Shown here piece after piece: positions 52,946 through 62,598 of a stretch of DNA of 64,000 bases; position 1 is the stretch's first letter, and every line of letters starts with the position of its first letter. Both the position numbers and the translations under genes were made by a program. The notes beneath the pieces are model-generated. The model saw only the letters and a program-made list of their open reading frames with translations. It was not told the origin of the DNA and searched no databases. Source of the stretch: Rubricoccaceae bacterium (GTDB lineage Bacteria; Bacteroidota; Rhodothermia; Rhodothermales; Rubricoccaceae). Where the stretch lies: NCBI GenBank assembly GCA_963829985.1, contig CAWHKM010000006.1, forward strand, positions 133,770 to 197,769, read 5' to 3'.

Positions 52946-55150
52946 TCAGAAGCGGTAGCGGACCTGGAGGCCGAAATCGCGCACGCGGTCGCCCTGGACG
53001 AGGCTCGTGCCTGAGCCGATGCGGGTCACGCCGCGCAGCCACGTCGAGGCAAGCTTGGCCTGGACGGTGAGGCCGTCGATCGGCTCCGCGGACACCAGGA
53101 CGTAGCCGCGGACGCCGCGGCCGGAGAGCGCCGGGATCGAGAAGACGCCCGTGAGGTCGTTCTCGAAGGCGTAGAGGCGGCTGTCGTAGTCGTCCGTCCG
53201 GAAGAGCGTGAGCCGCGTGTCGATGCGGAGCCACGGCAGCGCCTGGACCCGCACGTCTTGGTAGACGAGCGCGCCCGTCGTCGCGGCGGGCGTCGGCGTG
53301 TTGGCGAGGACGGCGGAGACGGCGCGCGAGCCCTCGACGCGCGCCCGCAAGCGGACCGTCCGGCTGGCGTCCCACTCGCCCTGGATGCGCAGCGTCTGCC
53401 GCGTCGCGTCGCCCAGCCCGCCGACGAGTGTGCCCGGCACGATGTTGCCGGCGTCCACGCCGACCTCGCGCGTCTCGGTCCGCGCCTGGACGTAGCCGCG
53501 GAGGTAGCTGCGCGGGCGGTACTCGGCCGTCACGAGCGCCTCGCGGCCCTGGCTCGGGCGCGGCACGTTGAAGCGGAGGTATGGGAAGCGGTACTGGTCG
53601 AGGTAGGCGTTGACGGTCCACTGCCGGCTCGGCTTCACGCGGACGCCGGCGTAGAGGCCCGTCTCGTTGTTGCCGATCCCGTTGCGCTCGCCGAAGGGGT
53701 AGCCGTGGAGGCTGTTGAAGTCCGGGTCGTAGTGCCGCCCGACGAGCAGGACCTCGGCCCCGCCGCCGAGGTCCGCGCCGAGCCCGAGGACGCCGCCGAG
53801 GCCGCCGCCTGGCCCGCGGGCGCCCTCGCCGAAGGCCTGGAGCCGGCGCGTCCGCGCCTCGCCGTAGACCGAGAGCGTCGTCGCCCGGTCGCCGGAGAAG
53901 GCGAACAACTGGTCTGGCCGGTTGCCCTGGCCGAGCGGCGTGTCAAAGACCGCCTGCGTGGCGAGGACGCCGGCCTTCGCCTGAAGGCGCCGCGTCGTGA
54001 GGCGCCCCTCGACGGCGCCGCCGACGAGCGTCTCCTCGATGGCGTCCTTGCGGGCGAGCTCAGAGGCCGTCCGGTGGAGGCCCGTCGCGCCGAGCGACGA
54101 GACGATGGCGCCGTCGAGGGCGTCCGGCGGAATGTCCGGGTCGTCGATCTCGAACGTGAGCGTGTCGACGGTGGCGTCGCGGGCGCGGCGCGAGGCGAAC
54201 GCCGTCGCCGTGACGCTCGGCGTGAGGGCGAGCGAGAGCGCGGCGCCGCGGAAGAAGTTGTTCTCGTCGACCGAGCCGTACGGCCGGATGCCGCGGCCGG
54301 AGCGCACCGGCCCGCCGACGGCGTCGGGCCCCTTGCCGAAGCCCGAGGCGCGCCACAGCGCGACGCCCTGCCCGAACTCGGCGACGTAATCGCCGAGGAC
54401 GAGCGCCTCGATGCGCCCGGCGCGGAGCAGCGCGATGTGCGCCGAGACGTAATCGAAGCCGTACGTGTTGGTGCCGGTGTCGAAGGCGAACGCCTCGCCG
54501 GGGTCCTTCTCGAGCGTGATGTTGGCGCTGAACTGCCGGCGGTACGTCGCGGTGAGGCGCGTGTAGACGCGCTCGGGCGAGCCGGCAAACGAGCGCGTCG
54601 AGTCGGCCGGATCGGTGATGTAGCCTGCCTGCCGGTCGAGGCGCCGCTGGACGCGCTGGATGCCGGTGTAGCGGAGCCCGGACAGCACCTCGGATGGCCG
54701 GGGTGCGCGCGGGAATCGGCCGTTGGTGACGGCGCCGGACGTCCGCAGGCGAGGGCCGATGGAGAGGTACGGGCGGGCGTCGAGGTAGACCCGCGCCGTG
54801 ATGCCGGGGACGCTGCGGAGCTGCGGCAGGCTCGTGAAGGGTCCGTTGGCCGTGCGGTAGCGCACCACGTCGCCCGCGAGGAGCGCGTTGAGTGCGGGAA
54901 CGATCGCCAACTCGGCAGCCGTCGCAGTGTTGACGTCGAGCGGGTTGTCGCGGAGGTCCGTGAGCAGCTCGAGAAGCTCTGTCGGGTCGCCGTCGGCGTC
55001 GTCTTCGAGGAGCGCCTCGAAGGTCGCGTCGAGGTCCGGCGTGAGCGTCGAGTCGGCCGGCAGGCCCGTCGAGTCGGCCGGCACGTCCTGCGCACGCGCC
55101 GGCACTGCGGCGAGCGTGACGAGGAGCAGGGCGAAGAGGGAGAGGCGCAT
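52946..55150 (-). CDS. Helix-hairpin-helix (ComEA-like) domain fused to a large outer-membrane beta-barrel
   Basis: Track ORF of 734 aa. It has the signal peptide MRLSLFALLLVTLAAVPARAQ and the HhH segment LDVNTATAAELAIVPALNALLAGDVVRYRTANGPFTSLPQLRSVPGI. About 550 aa of alternating beta-strand pattern follow, ending in VRYRF. Confidence 0.65.
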   Translation of the reverse strand: MRLSLFALLLVTLAAVPARAQDVPADSTGLPADSTLTPDLDATFEALLEDDADGDPTELLELLTDLRDNPLDVNTATAAELAIVPALNALLAGDVVRYRTANGPFTSLPQLRSVPGITARVYLDARPYLSIGPRLRTSGAVTNGRFPRAPRPSEVLSGLRYTGIQRVQRRLDRQAGYITDPADSTRSFAGSPERVYTRLTATYRRQFSANITLEKDPGEAFAFDTGTNTYGFDYVSAHIALLRAGRIEALVLGDYVAEFGQGVALWRASGFGKGPDAVGGPVRSGRGIRPYGSVDENNFFRGAALSLALTPSVTATAFASRRARDATVDTLTFEIDDPDIPPDALDGAIVSSLGATGLHRTASELARKDAIEETLVGGAVEGRLTTRRLQAKAGVLATQAVFDTPLGQGNRPDQLFAFSGDRATTLSVYGEARTRRLQAFGEGARGPGGGLGGVLGLGADLGGGAEVLLVGRHYDPDFNSLHGYPFGERNGIGNNETGLYAGVRVKPSRQWTVNAYLDQYRFPYLRFNVPRPSQGREALVTAEYRPRSYLRGYVQARTETREVGVDAGNIVPGTLVGGLGDATRQTLRIQGEWDASRTVRLRARVEGSRAVSAVLANTPTPAATTGALVYQDVRVQALPWLRIDTRLTLFRTDDYDSRLYAFENDLTGVFSIPALSGRGVRGYVLVSAEPIDGLTVQAKLASTWLRGVTRIGSGTSLVQGDRVRDFGLQVRYRF

Positions 55151-55235
55151 CGAACAGCCGGGGCGGGGACGGGAGACGGGCGGCTGGCACGGGAAGCCGG
55201 GGCAGAACCGGCCCCGCTTCTCGTTCGCCAGTCCC

Positions 55236-56069
55236 CTAAAACGACACCTCGATGCCGACGGCGGGCGTCAGGCCGAGCGACTCGTGGCGCTCGACGGCGA
55301 TGTCGGCGCGGAGGGCGCCGACGCGGACGCCCGCGCCGGCCGAGATGCGGCTCGGGCCGTCCGAGACGCCGAGGCGCAGTGCGAGGGCCGGGACGGGGTA
55401 CGCCTCGAAGCCGGCGCGCAGCGAGAGGCCCGCGTCGAGGTCCTGCTCGGCGTCCAGGACGAGCGTCGCGACGGGGCTCGGTGAGTACGCGATCCCGACA
55501 GTGATGGCCGGGACGGTCGCGAGCGAGTGCCGCACGTCCTCGCCCTCGTCCCACAGGATGCCGAGGAGGTTGCGCCCGGCGAGGCCGGCGCGGAGGCCAC
55601 GCACGACGTCGCCCTGCACGCCCAGCGACAGCAGCGGCGTCCCGACGCTGCCGTAGCCCTCGGTGCTCGCCGACTCGTAGCCGACCGCCACGCCCAGGTC
55701 CAGGCGCCGCGTGCGGCTGAGCGGGACCGGCCGCGCCACGCCCACTACGACGCGCGTCTCGCGGTGCTCGGAGAAGCCGTAGGAGCGCGCCGCGAGCGCG
55801 ACCGTCCCGACGGGTGTCGGCGCGGCGGCGGAGAGCTGGGCGAGGCGCAGCTCGGAGAGGCCGAAGGCCTGGCTCGCCTGCAGCGCGCCGCGGCGCTCCG
55901 TCAGGCCAGACCACGCGGCGGGGTTGGCATGGCCCCACGCGCTCTGCCCGACCGCGACGCCGGCGCGGCCCATCCCGAGGTAGCGTGCGCCGCCCTCGGC
56001 GAGCTGCGCCTGCGCCGGGCGGGCGCCGAGCGGGGCGAGGATCGCCATCAGAATCCAGAATCGGCGCAT
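55236..56069 (-). CDS. PorV/PorQ-family outer-membrane protein (T9SS-associated)
   Basis: C-terminal 277 codons of track ORF 55236..57194, with the ATG at 56069. It has a signal peptide, the segment YLGMGRAGVAVGQSAWGHANPAA typical of the family (from memory), and a terminal EVSF. Confidence 0.5.
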   Translation of the reverse strand: MRRFWILMAILAPLGARPAQAQLAEGGARYLGMGRAGVAVGQSAWGHANPAAWSGLTERRGALQASQAFGLSELRLAQLSAAAPTPVGTVALAARSYGFSEHRETRVVVGVARPVPLSRTRRLDLGVAVGYESASTEGYGSVGTPLLSLGVQGDVVRGLRAGLAGRNLLGILWDEGEDVRHSLATVPAITVGIAYSPSPVATLVLDAEQDLDAGLSLRAGFEAYPVPALALRLGVSDGPSRISAGAGVRVGALRADIAVERHESLGLTPAVGIEVSF

Positions 56070-56165
56070 AGTGGACAGGGGGCACGCGTTGGGGCAGGGC
56101 CTCCCGAACCGCCCGGGAGTCGGCCGAACATACACGCTAGCTTGGGATCTCCCGCACCGTTCTCG

Positions 56166-57086
56166 ATGATGACGCGCCTCGCCCGCTTCCTGCCGCTGCT
56201 CGCGCTCCTGCTCGCCGCGCTCCCCGCCCACGCCCAGGAGCTCAACTGCACCGTCAACATCAACCGCGCCGCGCTGACGGGCAACGAGTACGAGTTCCTC
56301 GACGAGCTCCGGACGCAGGTCGAGCGTTACTTCAACGACCGCGCGTGGACGAGCGACGTCTTCGACAACCGCGAGCGCATCGACTGCACCGTCCAGATCA
56401 CGCTGGTCGCGTCGCAGTCGCTCACGCAGTTCTCGGCCAACATCGCCGTCCAGGCCAGCCGTCCGATTTACGGGACCGCCCAGCGCTCGACGACGCTCCT
56501 CATCGGCGACGACGCGTGGACGTTCAACTACGCCCGCGGGCAGGCGCTGATCTACGACCCCAACCGCTTCGACTCGTTCACGTCCGTCCTGGACTACTAC
56601 GCGCTCGTGGTCCTCGCGACGGACTACGACACCTTCGCGCCGCTCGGCGGGCAGCCCTTCTGGGACCGCGCGCGCCTGATCGCGGAGTTCGGCCGCGCCA
56701 ACCAGTCGGACCTCGGCCGCGGCTGGTCCAGCCAGAACTCGACCGACGACCGCTCGCGCTCGGACCTCACGCAGCAGATGCTGGACCCGGCCTTCCTGCC
56801 GCTCCGCCGCGCGATGTACGACTACCACTACACCGTGCTGGACCACTTCACGGCCGCCCCTGAGGCTGCGTACGTCAAGGCCCTCGAGACGCTCACGACG
56901 CTCCACGACCTCTACCTCACCTTCAACCGGCGCCGCTTCGCGACGGACGTCTTCTACGCGTCGAAGGCGCCCGAGATCGCGCTCCTGCTGCGCGAGGCGC
57001 CGCAACGAAACGAAGCCTACGCGTACCTCTCGGAAATGGACGCGCCGCACCTTTCGACCTACGACGTGCTCGTGAACAGCCGCTAG
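56166..57086 (+). CDS. porD: DUF4835 protein (T9SS component PorD)
   Basis: ATG at 56166 within track ORF 55527..57086. It has a signal peptide, then QELNCTVNINRAAL ... FNDRAWTSDVF ... ERIDCTVQITL ... IQASRPIY-type pattern characteristic of DUF4835. Confidence 0.7.
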   Translation: MMTRLARFLPLLALLLAALPAHAQELNCTVNINRAALTGNEYEFLDELRTQVERYFNDRAWTSDVFDNRERIDCTVQITLVASQSLTQFSANIAVQASRPIYGTAQRSTTLLIGDDAWTFNYARGQALIYDPNRFDSFTSVLDYYALVVLATDYDTFAPLGGQPFWDRARLIAEFGRANQSDLGRGWSSQNSTDDRSRSDLTQQMLDPAFLPLRRAMYDYHYTVLDHFTAAPEAAYVKALETLTTLHDLYLTFNRRRFATDVFYASKAPEIALLLREAPQRNEAYAYLSEMDAPHLSTYDVLVNSR

Positions 57087-57179
57087 GGCGCGCGGACGCG
57101 CCTGATACGGCGGCTGACGGGCCGACGCGCCCTGCGGCACGGCTCTTGTTCCGGAGCAGGCATCCATCGGCCGCTCCGA

Positions 57180-57995
57180 ATGCCCGCTCCGCACGACCTC
57201 CTAGGCGTCCCGCCGACGGCCTCGCACGACGAGATCCGCCGTGCCTTCCGGCGCCGTGCCTTCGAGCTGCACCCGGACCGCAACCCGGCGCCGACGGCCG
57301 CCGACGATTTCCGCCAGCTTCGCGAGGCGCACGACGCGGCGCTCGCCAGCATCCCGTCGGCGGACGGCTTCGACGCGAACCGCATCGCGCGCGAGATTGA
57401 GGAGGCGGCGACCGAGGCGGAGCGCCGCCGCGGCGCCGCAGGGGGCTCCGCGCCCGTCTGGCAGCAGCTCCGGGTGACCCTGGACCGGACGCCCCGCGAG
57501 CGCCTCGCCGACGGCATCGCGACGCCGCGCGGCCGAACGGCGCTGGCATCGGGCGTCGCAGCGGGGCTGGCCGTGGCCGTCGCGCTTCTGCTCGCCGCTG
57601 GGGCCACCGTGTGGAGCGTCGCCGCGAGCGTGCTTGCGCTGGTTGGCTGCGTCGCGCTCGGCGTCCGCACGGCCTACGGCGCCGATGAGCGAACATGGGC
57701 CGTGGACACGCACTGGCGCGGCGTGCGCGACCTCCGCTGGGATGCGACGGTCGAGTGGGCCGACATCCAAGCCGTGCACGAGGGCGACGGCTGGCTGGAC
57801 CTGCTCATCACGGATGCCGCTGCGTCGCGCCTCGTGCGGAGTGTCCCGCCCGAGACGCTTGTCCGCCTCCGCCCAACATCGTCCGGGGACGGGGCGCCCC
57901 GAGCGGCGGTCGTCGCGTACCGCCTGCCGCTGCGCGCCTCGGCCGGGCTCGCTGGCGTCGTCCGGCACCAGCTTGCCGCCGGCCTCGTAGCCTGA
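57180..57995 (+). CDS. J-domain (DnaJ-like) membrane protein
   Basis: Track ORF of 271 aa. The J domain carries an HPD motif (FELHPDRNP). Two central TM helices are present. The C-terminal domain is unassigned. Confidence 0.7.
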   Translation: MPAPHDLLGVPPTASHDEIRRAFRRRAFELHPDRNPAPTAADDFRQLREAHDAALASIPSADGFDANRIAREIEEAATEAERRRGAAGGSAPVWQQLRVTLDRTPRERLADGIATPRGRTALASGVAAGLAVAVALLLAAGATVWSVAASVLALVGCVALGVRTAYGADERTWAVDTHWRGVRDLRWDATVEWADIQAVHEGDGWLDLLITDAAASRLVRSVPPETLVRLRPTSSGDGAPRAAVVAYRLPLRASAGLAGVVRHQLAAGLVA

Positions 57996-58057
57996 GTGGA
58001 CCAGATCCGAAAGGCCGCAGTGAACGGCCTGTTCCCTTCGGCCCTGCCACGGGTCAC

Positions 58058-60148
58058 CTATGGCCGCTCGATGTGCGCGCGGCGGACAACGTCACCCTGG
58101 AGCATCCGGTCTACGACGTCCTGGCCAGAGACCACGCGGCCGAAGGCGGTGTATTTCCCGTCGAGGTGCGGCTGCGGGCTGTGCGTGACGAAGTACTGAA
58201 CGCCCTCCGTGTCCTTGCCCGCGCTCGCGATGCCCGCCGTCCCTGTCTCGAAGCGGAGGCGGGTGAACTCGGACCGGATCGGGATGTCCGGCCCGCCGTA
58301 GCCGTCGCGGCGGAAAAAATCGCCCCCCTGCACGACGAAGTTGGACACGACGCGGTGGAACGGGACGCCGTCGTAGCGCCCCGCAGCGGCCGCCTGAGCG
58401 ACCGTCTGGACAGTCTGCGGCGCGCCCTCTGTGACCATCTCGATCACGACGCGGCCGCGGTCCGTGTCCAGCACGAGGTGCGGGCGCGGGCCGACGCGCG
58501 CGAGATAGGCCCAGTCGATGCCGGTCGTCTCTGTGGCACCGTCCGTGCCGTTAGCCGAGACGTCGATGCCCTCGGTGAGGCGCTCGTTGAGCGCGTCGCG
58601 CGCTGCGGCGCGGAGGACCGGGTGGCCGGTGAGCGCCACGCCGACGAGGAACTCAATCTCCTGCGCGTCGCGGATCTGGCCGAGCGCTCTGACGATCTCC
58701 ACCATCGGCTCGACGTCCTCAGGCGCCGTCATCTGCGCGTAGACGCTCTGGAGAAGGCTGGAGGAGCCGCGGAGAACGAACAGCGAGTCGGAGAGGGCGG
58801 GCGCGGCGGACGTCGTCGTGGCGAGGTCACGGCGCGAGAGGGCGGCCGAAAAGGCGCCGTAGTAGCGGTCGGCGGCGGCCGGCCGCGCGAGCGAATCCGT
58901 CGATGCCCAGCGCGCGCGGAGCGCCTCGACGGCGGCGGCGGCGAGGCGCGCGTCGGAGTCTGTGGCGCGGGCGAACAGAACGTCCAGCGTCGCCGGCGTC
59001 GTCGCCTCGCCGAGCGCCGCGAGGTGCGCCGTCTGCGCGAACGGGCCGACGTTGCGCGCGGACCACGCCGCGACAGCGTCGAGGCGGCCTGCACGGGCGA
59101 GGACCGGCAGGAGGGGCGCCGTCGCCTGCCACGGACGGCGCGCATTCTGAACGGCCGCGGTCGCCGCGGCGAGCTCAGCGGCCGACGGGGTGTCCACCCG
59201 GGCCAGCGCCGCAGCGGCCGCCCCGGCAACGTGCGGGTTGTCCGCGTCGAGCGCGGAGACGAGCGCCATGCGGGCGGCGGGTTCGGCGCGGAGTGCTCCG
59301 AGCGCGCCGGCCGCCGTAACGCGCGTCCGCCAGCCTGTCGCAGCGTTGGTCAGGGCGGCTGCGAGGCGTGGCACGTCCTGCGCCTCGACGGTGCGGGCGA
59401 GGGCGCGGGCGAGCGACGTCCGCGCCGGGTCGGCCGGCGGGAGGCCGTCGAAGGCGGCGCGGATCGCGGGCAGGGCGTCGCGCCACGCGGCGACCGGCGC
59501 CCGCTCGAAGGCCTGCGCCGCGGCGATGCGCAGGGCCGGATCCGGCGCGCCGAGGCGCGCGGCGCTGTACGCGATGCTGGCGGGCGTCGACTCCCCGCGC
59601 ATGGCGAGGCGCGCGAGGGCGCGGGCCCGCGCGGGCTCGACGGCCTGCGCCAGCGTCACGCGAAGCAGGTCCGCGACGTCGGCGTCGTCGCCGACCTTGC
59701 CGATAGCCCCGAGGAGCTCGGCCTGGACGGCAGGCGTCGCCTCGTCGCGCAGCGCGATCAGGAGCGCCACGCCGCGCGTCGAGTCGGCCGACTGGCCGAG
59801 CGCGAACGCGGCGTCGGCGCGGACGGCCGGCGTGTCGTCGCGGAGCGCCTCGAGAAGCGCGTCGACGGCATCGGCGCTCTGGACCGAGGCGAGTGCGAAG
59901 GCGGCGCGCGCGCGGACATCGGCGTTGGCCGACTGGAGCGCGGCGACGAGCGGGGCGGCGTCGCGACGCACCTGCGCGTCGACGAGCGCCTGGAGGTCCG
60001 GCCGGACGAGCAGGCCGTCGGTCGGGCGGTCGGCGAAGACGCCGGCCGGCGGCGCTGGCGGGCGGACCGAGGCGCAGCCGGCGACCGCGCCGGCAGCGAG
60101 CAAAGCGGCCAGAAACAGAGACGGGCGGCCGATTTTCGAGAGGGACAC
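58058..60148 (-). CDS. HEAT-repeat lipoprotein fused to a cyclophilin-type peptidyl-prolyl isomerase
   Basis: Track ORF 58058..60283 is trimmed to GTG at 60148 because the 5' end of the ORF overlaps tRNA-Leu. Lipobox AVAGC is present, and HEAT-like repeats (VRARAAFALA, VRADAAFALG). The C-terminal cyclophilin motifs are FHRVVSNFVVQGGD and LDGKYTAFGRVV. Confidence 0.75.
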   Translation of the reverse strand: MSLSKIGRPSLFLAALLAAGAVAGCASVRPPAPPAGVFADRPTDGLLVRPDLQALVDAQVRRDAAPLVAALQSANADVRARAAFALASVQSADAVDALLEALRDDTPAVRADAAFALGQSADSTRGVALLIALRDEATPAVQAELLGAIGKVGDDADVADLLRVTLAQAVEPARARALARLAMRGESTPASIAYSAARLGAPDPALRIAAAQAFERAPVAAWRDALPAIRAAFDGLPPADPARTSLARALARTVEAQDVPRLAAALTNAATGWRTRVTAAGALGALRAEPAARMALVSALDADNPHVAGAAAAALARVDTPSAAELAAATAAVQNARRPWQATAPLLPVLARAGRLDAVAAWSARNVGPFAQTAHLAALGEATTPATLDVLFARATDSDARLAAAAVEALRARWASTDSLARPAAADRYYGAFSAALSRRDLATTTSAAPALSDSLFVLRGSSSLLQSVYAQMTAPEDVEPMVEIVRALGQIRDAQEIEFLVGVALTGHPVLRAAARDALNERLTEGIDVSANGTDGATETTGIDWAYLARVGPRPHLVLDTDRGRVVIEMVTEGAPQTVQTVAQAAAAGRYDGVPFHRVVSNFVVQGGDFFRRDGYGGPDIPIRSEFTRLRFETGTAGIASAGKDTEGVQYFVTHSPQPHLDGKYTAFGRVVSGQDVVDRMLQGDVVRRAHIERP

Positions 60149-60212
60149 AGGCGGTCGGGGAGGGCGACGAGGAACGCCCGGCCCCGGCGTCGGTCTATCT
60201 TGCCGGGCCGGT

Positions 60213-60297
60213 TGGTGCGAGAGGGGGGACTCGAACCCCCACGGGCTGTGCCCGCCACACCCTAAATGTGGTGCGTCTACCATTCCGCCACTCTCGC
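60213..60297 (-). tRNA. tRNA-Leu (anticodon TAG), CCA encoded
   Basis: The reverse complement folds as: acceptor GCGAGAG/CTCTCGC, anticodon stem CCACA/TGTGG with loop TT-TAG-GG, a long variable arm (class II), T loop GGTTCGAGTCC, and a 3' ACCA. Confidence 0.9.
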
Positions 60298-60355
60298 GCG
60301 CCCCGAAGATAGGCCGCGCCCGGCCGTTCCATTCCGCTCACCCGCTCTCTCCCCG

Positions 60356-62557
60356 ATGCGCTCCCTTCTCTTACTCGCTACGCTTGCCGTCACCGTGACG
60401 GCTTGCAGCACGTCTCGCGACGCCGCGGCGCCCCCGCCGATGACGGCGCCCCCGGCGCAGAGCCAGGCCATGATGGACGAGCCGGCCGCCGCGCCGCCCG
60501 CGATGACCGGTGCGATGGGTGTCGGCCTCGACACCGTCCGCGCCGGCCGCTTCGACAACGGCCGCATGTTCACGCTGGACGACGCGCCGCTGGACTACTT
60601 CCGCGAGACCTACAACTTCCGCCCGACCGAGGACTGGTTTACGCGCGCGCGCCTCGGCGCCCTCCGCTTCGCGACCTACTGCTCGGCCAGCTTCGTCTCG
60701 CCAGACGGCCTCATCCTGACGAACCACCACTGCGCCCGCGAGTCCGTGACGAAGGTCGGCGGGGAGCGCGGCGAGGACCTCAACCGCGACGGCTTCTACG
60801 CGCAGAGCCGCGCCGAGGAGGTGCCCGTCGAGGACCTCTTCGTCGAGCAGCTGGTCTCCATCGAGGATGTCACGGAGCGCGTCAACGCCTCCGCGACCGG
60901 CGCTGACGCCGCCGCCCGCCAGACGGCCCGCGCCGCGGCGATCCGCACGATGCAGGACGAGATGACGGCGGCCGTCGGCGAGGGCCAGCGCGTCCAGATC
61001 GTCACGCTCTACTCGGGCGGCCAGTACAAGGCCTACACCTACAAGCGCTACGGCGACATCCGCCTCGTCTTCGCGCCCGAGACGCAGATGGGCTACTTCG
61101 GCGGCGACCCGGACAACTTCACCTACCCGCGCTACTCCCTCGACTTCTCGCTCTTCCGCGCCTACGGGCCGGACGGCCAGCCGCTCCACCCGGACGGCTA
61201 CTTCCCCTTCGAGCCGCAGGGCACGACGGCCGGCGAGCTCGTCTTCGTCCTCGGCAACCCGGGCTCGACGACGCGCCTCCAGACCGTCAGCCAGCTCGAG
61301 TACCGCCGCGACGTCTCGGACCCGGCGCGCCTCGACTACGTCACCAACCGCGAGCGCGTCTTCGGCGACTTTATCGCCGCTAACCCGACCGACCCGCGCA
61401 CGCCGGAGCTTACGGACACGTACTTCGGCCTCGGCAACAGCCGCAAGGCGTTCACGGGCCGCCTCTCGGGCCTCCGCGACCCGTACGTGCTCGCCCGCCG
61501 CGCCGCCGCCGAGCGGGACGTCCAGCGGGCGCTCGCTGCCCGGCCGGACCTTCAGCGCCAGTACGGGGACGTGTTCGCACAGATCTCGGCCAACCGCGCC
61601 GCGGCGCTTCCGACGTCCGCCCAGGCGCGCGCCTTCTTCGGTCTCGGGCCGGGCTCGCCCTACAACGGGACGGCCCTCAACCGCGCGTTCTCGGTCGTGA
61701 CCGCAGCCGGCAGCGCGCCGACGGCCGAGGCGTTCTCTGGCGCCGAGGACCAGCCGCTCGAGATCCAGCAGGGCCTCCTCGCCGTCCGCTTCCAGGACCT
61801 CCTGACGAACCTCGGGCCGACGGATCCGACGGTCGTCGCCGTCCTCGGCGGGATGTCGCCCGAGGCGGCCGCCGCGCGTGTGATCCAGGGCACGCGCCTC
61901 GCGACGGAGGCCAGCGCCGAGGAGGCGCGCACCACGGACCTCTCGAACGACCCGGCCGTGGTGGTCGCCCGCGTGCTGCTGCCGGCCGCCCAGGCCTACG
62001 CCGCCAGCCAGCGCGAGTCCGGCGCCGAGCTCAACGAGCTCACGACGCGCCTCGCCCGCGCCCGCTTCGACCTCTACGGCACGTCGATCCCGCCGGACGC
62101 CACGTTCACGCTCCGCCTCACCGACGGCGTCGTGAAGGGTTACGACTACAACGGCACCACGGCCCCGCCGTACACGACGTTCTACGGCCTCTACGACCGC
62201 TACTTCTCGCAGTGCGTCGCCACGGGCCGCGCGACGGACACGGCCTGCCCGTGGTACCTGCCGCAGCGCTGGCAGGACGCCCGCTCGACGATGTCGCTCT
62301 CGACGCCCTACAACTTCGTCGCCACGGCGGACATCATCGGCGGCAACTCGGGCTCGCCGGTCGTCAACCGCGACCTCGAGGTTATCGGCATCGCCTTCGA
62401 CGGCAACATCGAGGGCCTGCCGGGCGACTACATCTTCGACGACACCGTCAACCGGACGGTCTCGCTGGACGTGCGCGCGATGCTCGAGTCGCTCCACTCG
62501 GTGTACGACCTCGACTGGCTCGTCCGCGAGCTCACGGCCGGCCGGATGGGCAACTAG
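60356..62557 (+). CDS. S46 family dipeptidyl-peptidase (DPP7/DPP11-like)
   Basis: Track ORF 60266..62557, with the ATG at 60356 and lipobox VTACS. Catalytic His lies in LILTNHHC and catalytic Ser in IIGGNSGSPVVN. Confidence 0.85.
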   Translation: MRSLLLLATLAVTVTACSTSRDAAAPPPMTAPPAQSQAMMDEPAAAPPAMTGAMGVGLDTVRAGRFDNGRMFTLDDAPLDYFRETYNFRPTEDWFTRARLGALRFATYCSASFVSPDGLILTNHHCARESVTKVGGERGEDLNRDGFYAQSRAEEVPVEDLFVEQLVSIEDVTERVNASATGADAAARQTARAAAIRTMQDEMTAAVGEGQRVQIVTLYSGGQYKAYTYKRYGDIRLVFAPETQMGYFGGDPDNFTYPRYSLDFSLFRAYGPDGQPLHPDGYFPFEPQGTTAGELVFVLGNPGSTTRLQTVSQLEYRRDVSDPARLDYVTNRERVFGDFIAANPTDPRTPELTDTYFGLGNSRKAFTGRLSGLRDPYVLARRAAAERDVQRALAARPDLQRQYGDVFAQISANRAAALPTSAQARAFFGLGPGSPYNGTALNRAFSVVTAAGSAPTAEAFSGAEDQPLEIQQGLLAVRFQDLLTNLGPTDPTVVAVLGGMSPEAAAARVIQGTRLATEASAEEARTTDLSNDPAVVVARVLLPAAQAYAASQRESGAELNELTTRLARARFDLYGTSIPPDATFTLRLTDGVVKGYDYNGTTAPPYTTFYGLYDRYFSQCVATGRATDTACPWYLPQRWQDARSTMSLSTPYNFVATADIIGGNSGSPVVNRDLEVIGIAFDGNIEGLPGDYIFDDTVNRTVSLDVRAMLESLHSVYDLDWLVRELTAGRMGN

Positions 62558-62565
62558 CCCGCGGC

Positions 62566-62589
62566 GCGCGGGGCGGCCACGCCCCGCGC
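62566..62589 (+). terminator. GC-rich hairpin just after the S46 peptidase stop (no U-tract)
   Basis: GCGCGGGGC (62566-62574) pairs with GCCCCGCGC (62581-62589), with a 6-nt loop. Confidence 0.3.
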
Positions 62590-62598
62590 CAGGCCTGC

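Noticed and set aside
60149-60283. 5' extension of the HEAT/cyclophilin ORF to 60283
   Set aside because: The extension runs through the tRNA-Leu gene (60213-60297) on the same strand. The GTG at 60148 gives a normal lipoprotein signal peptide.
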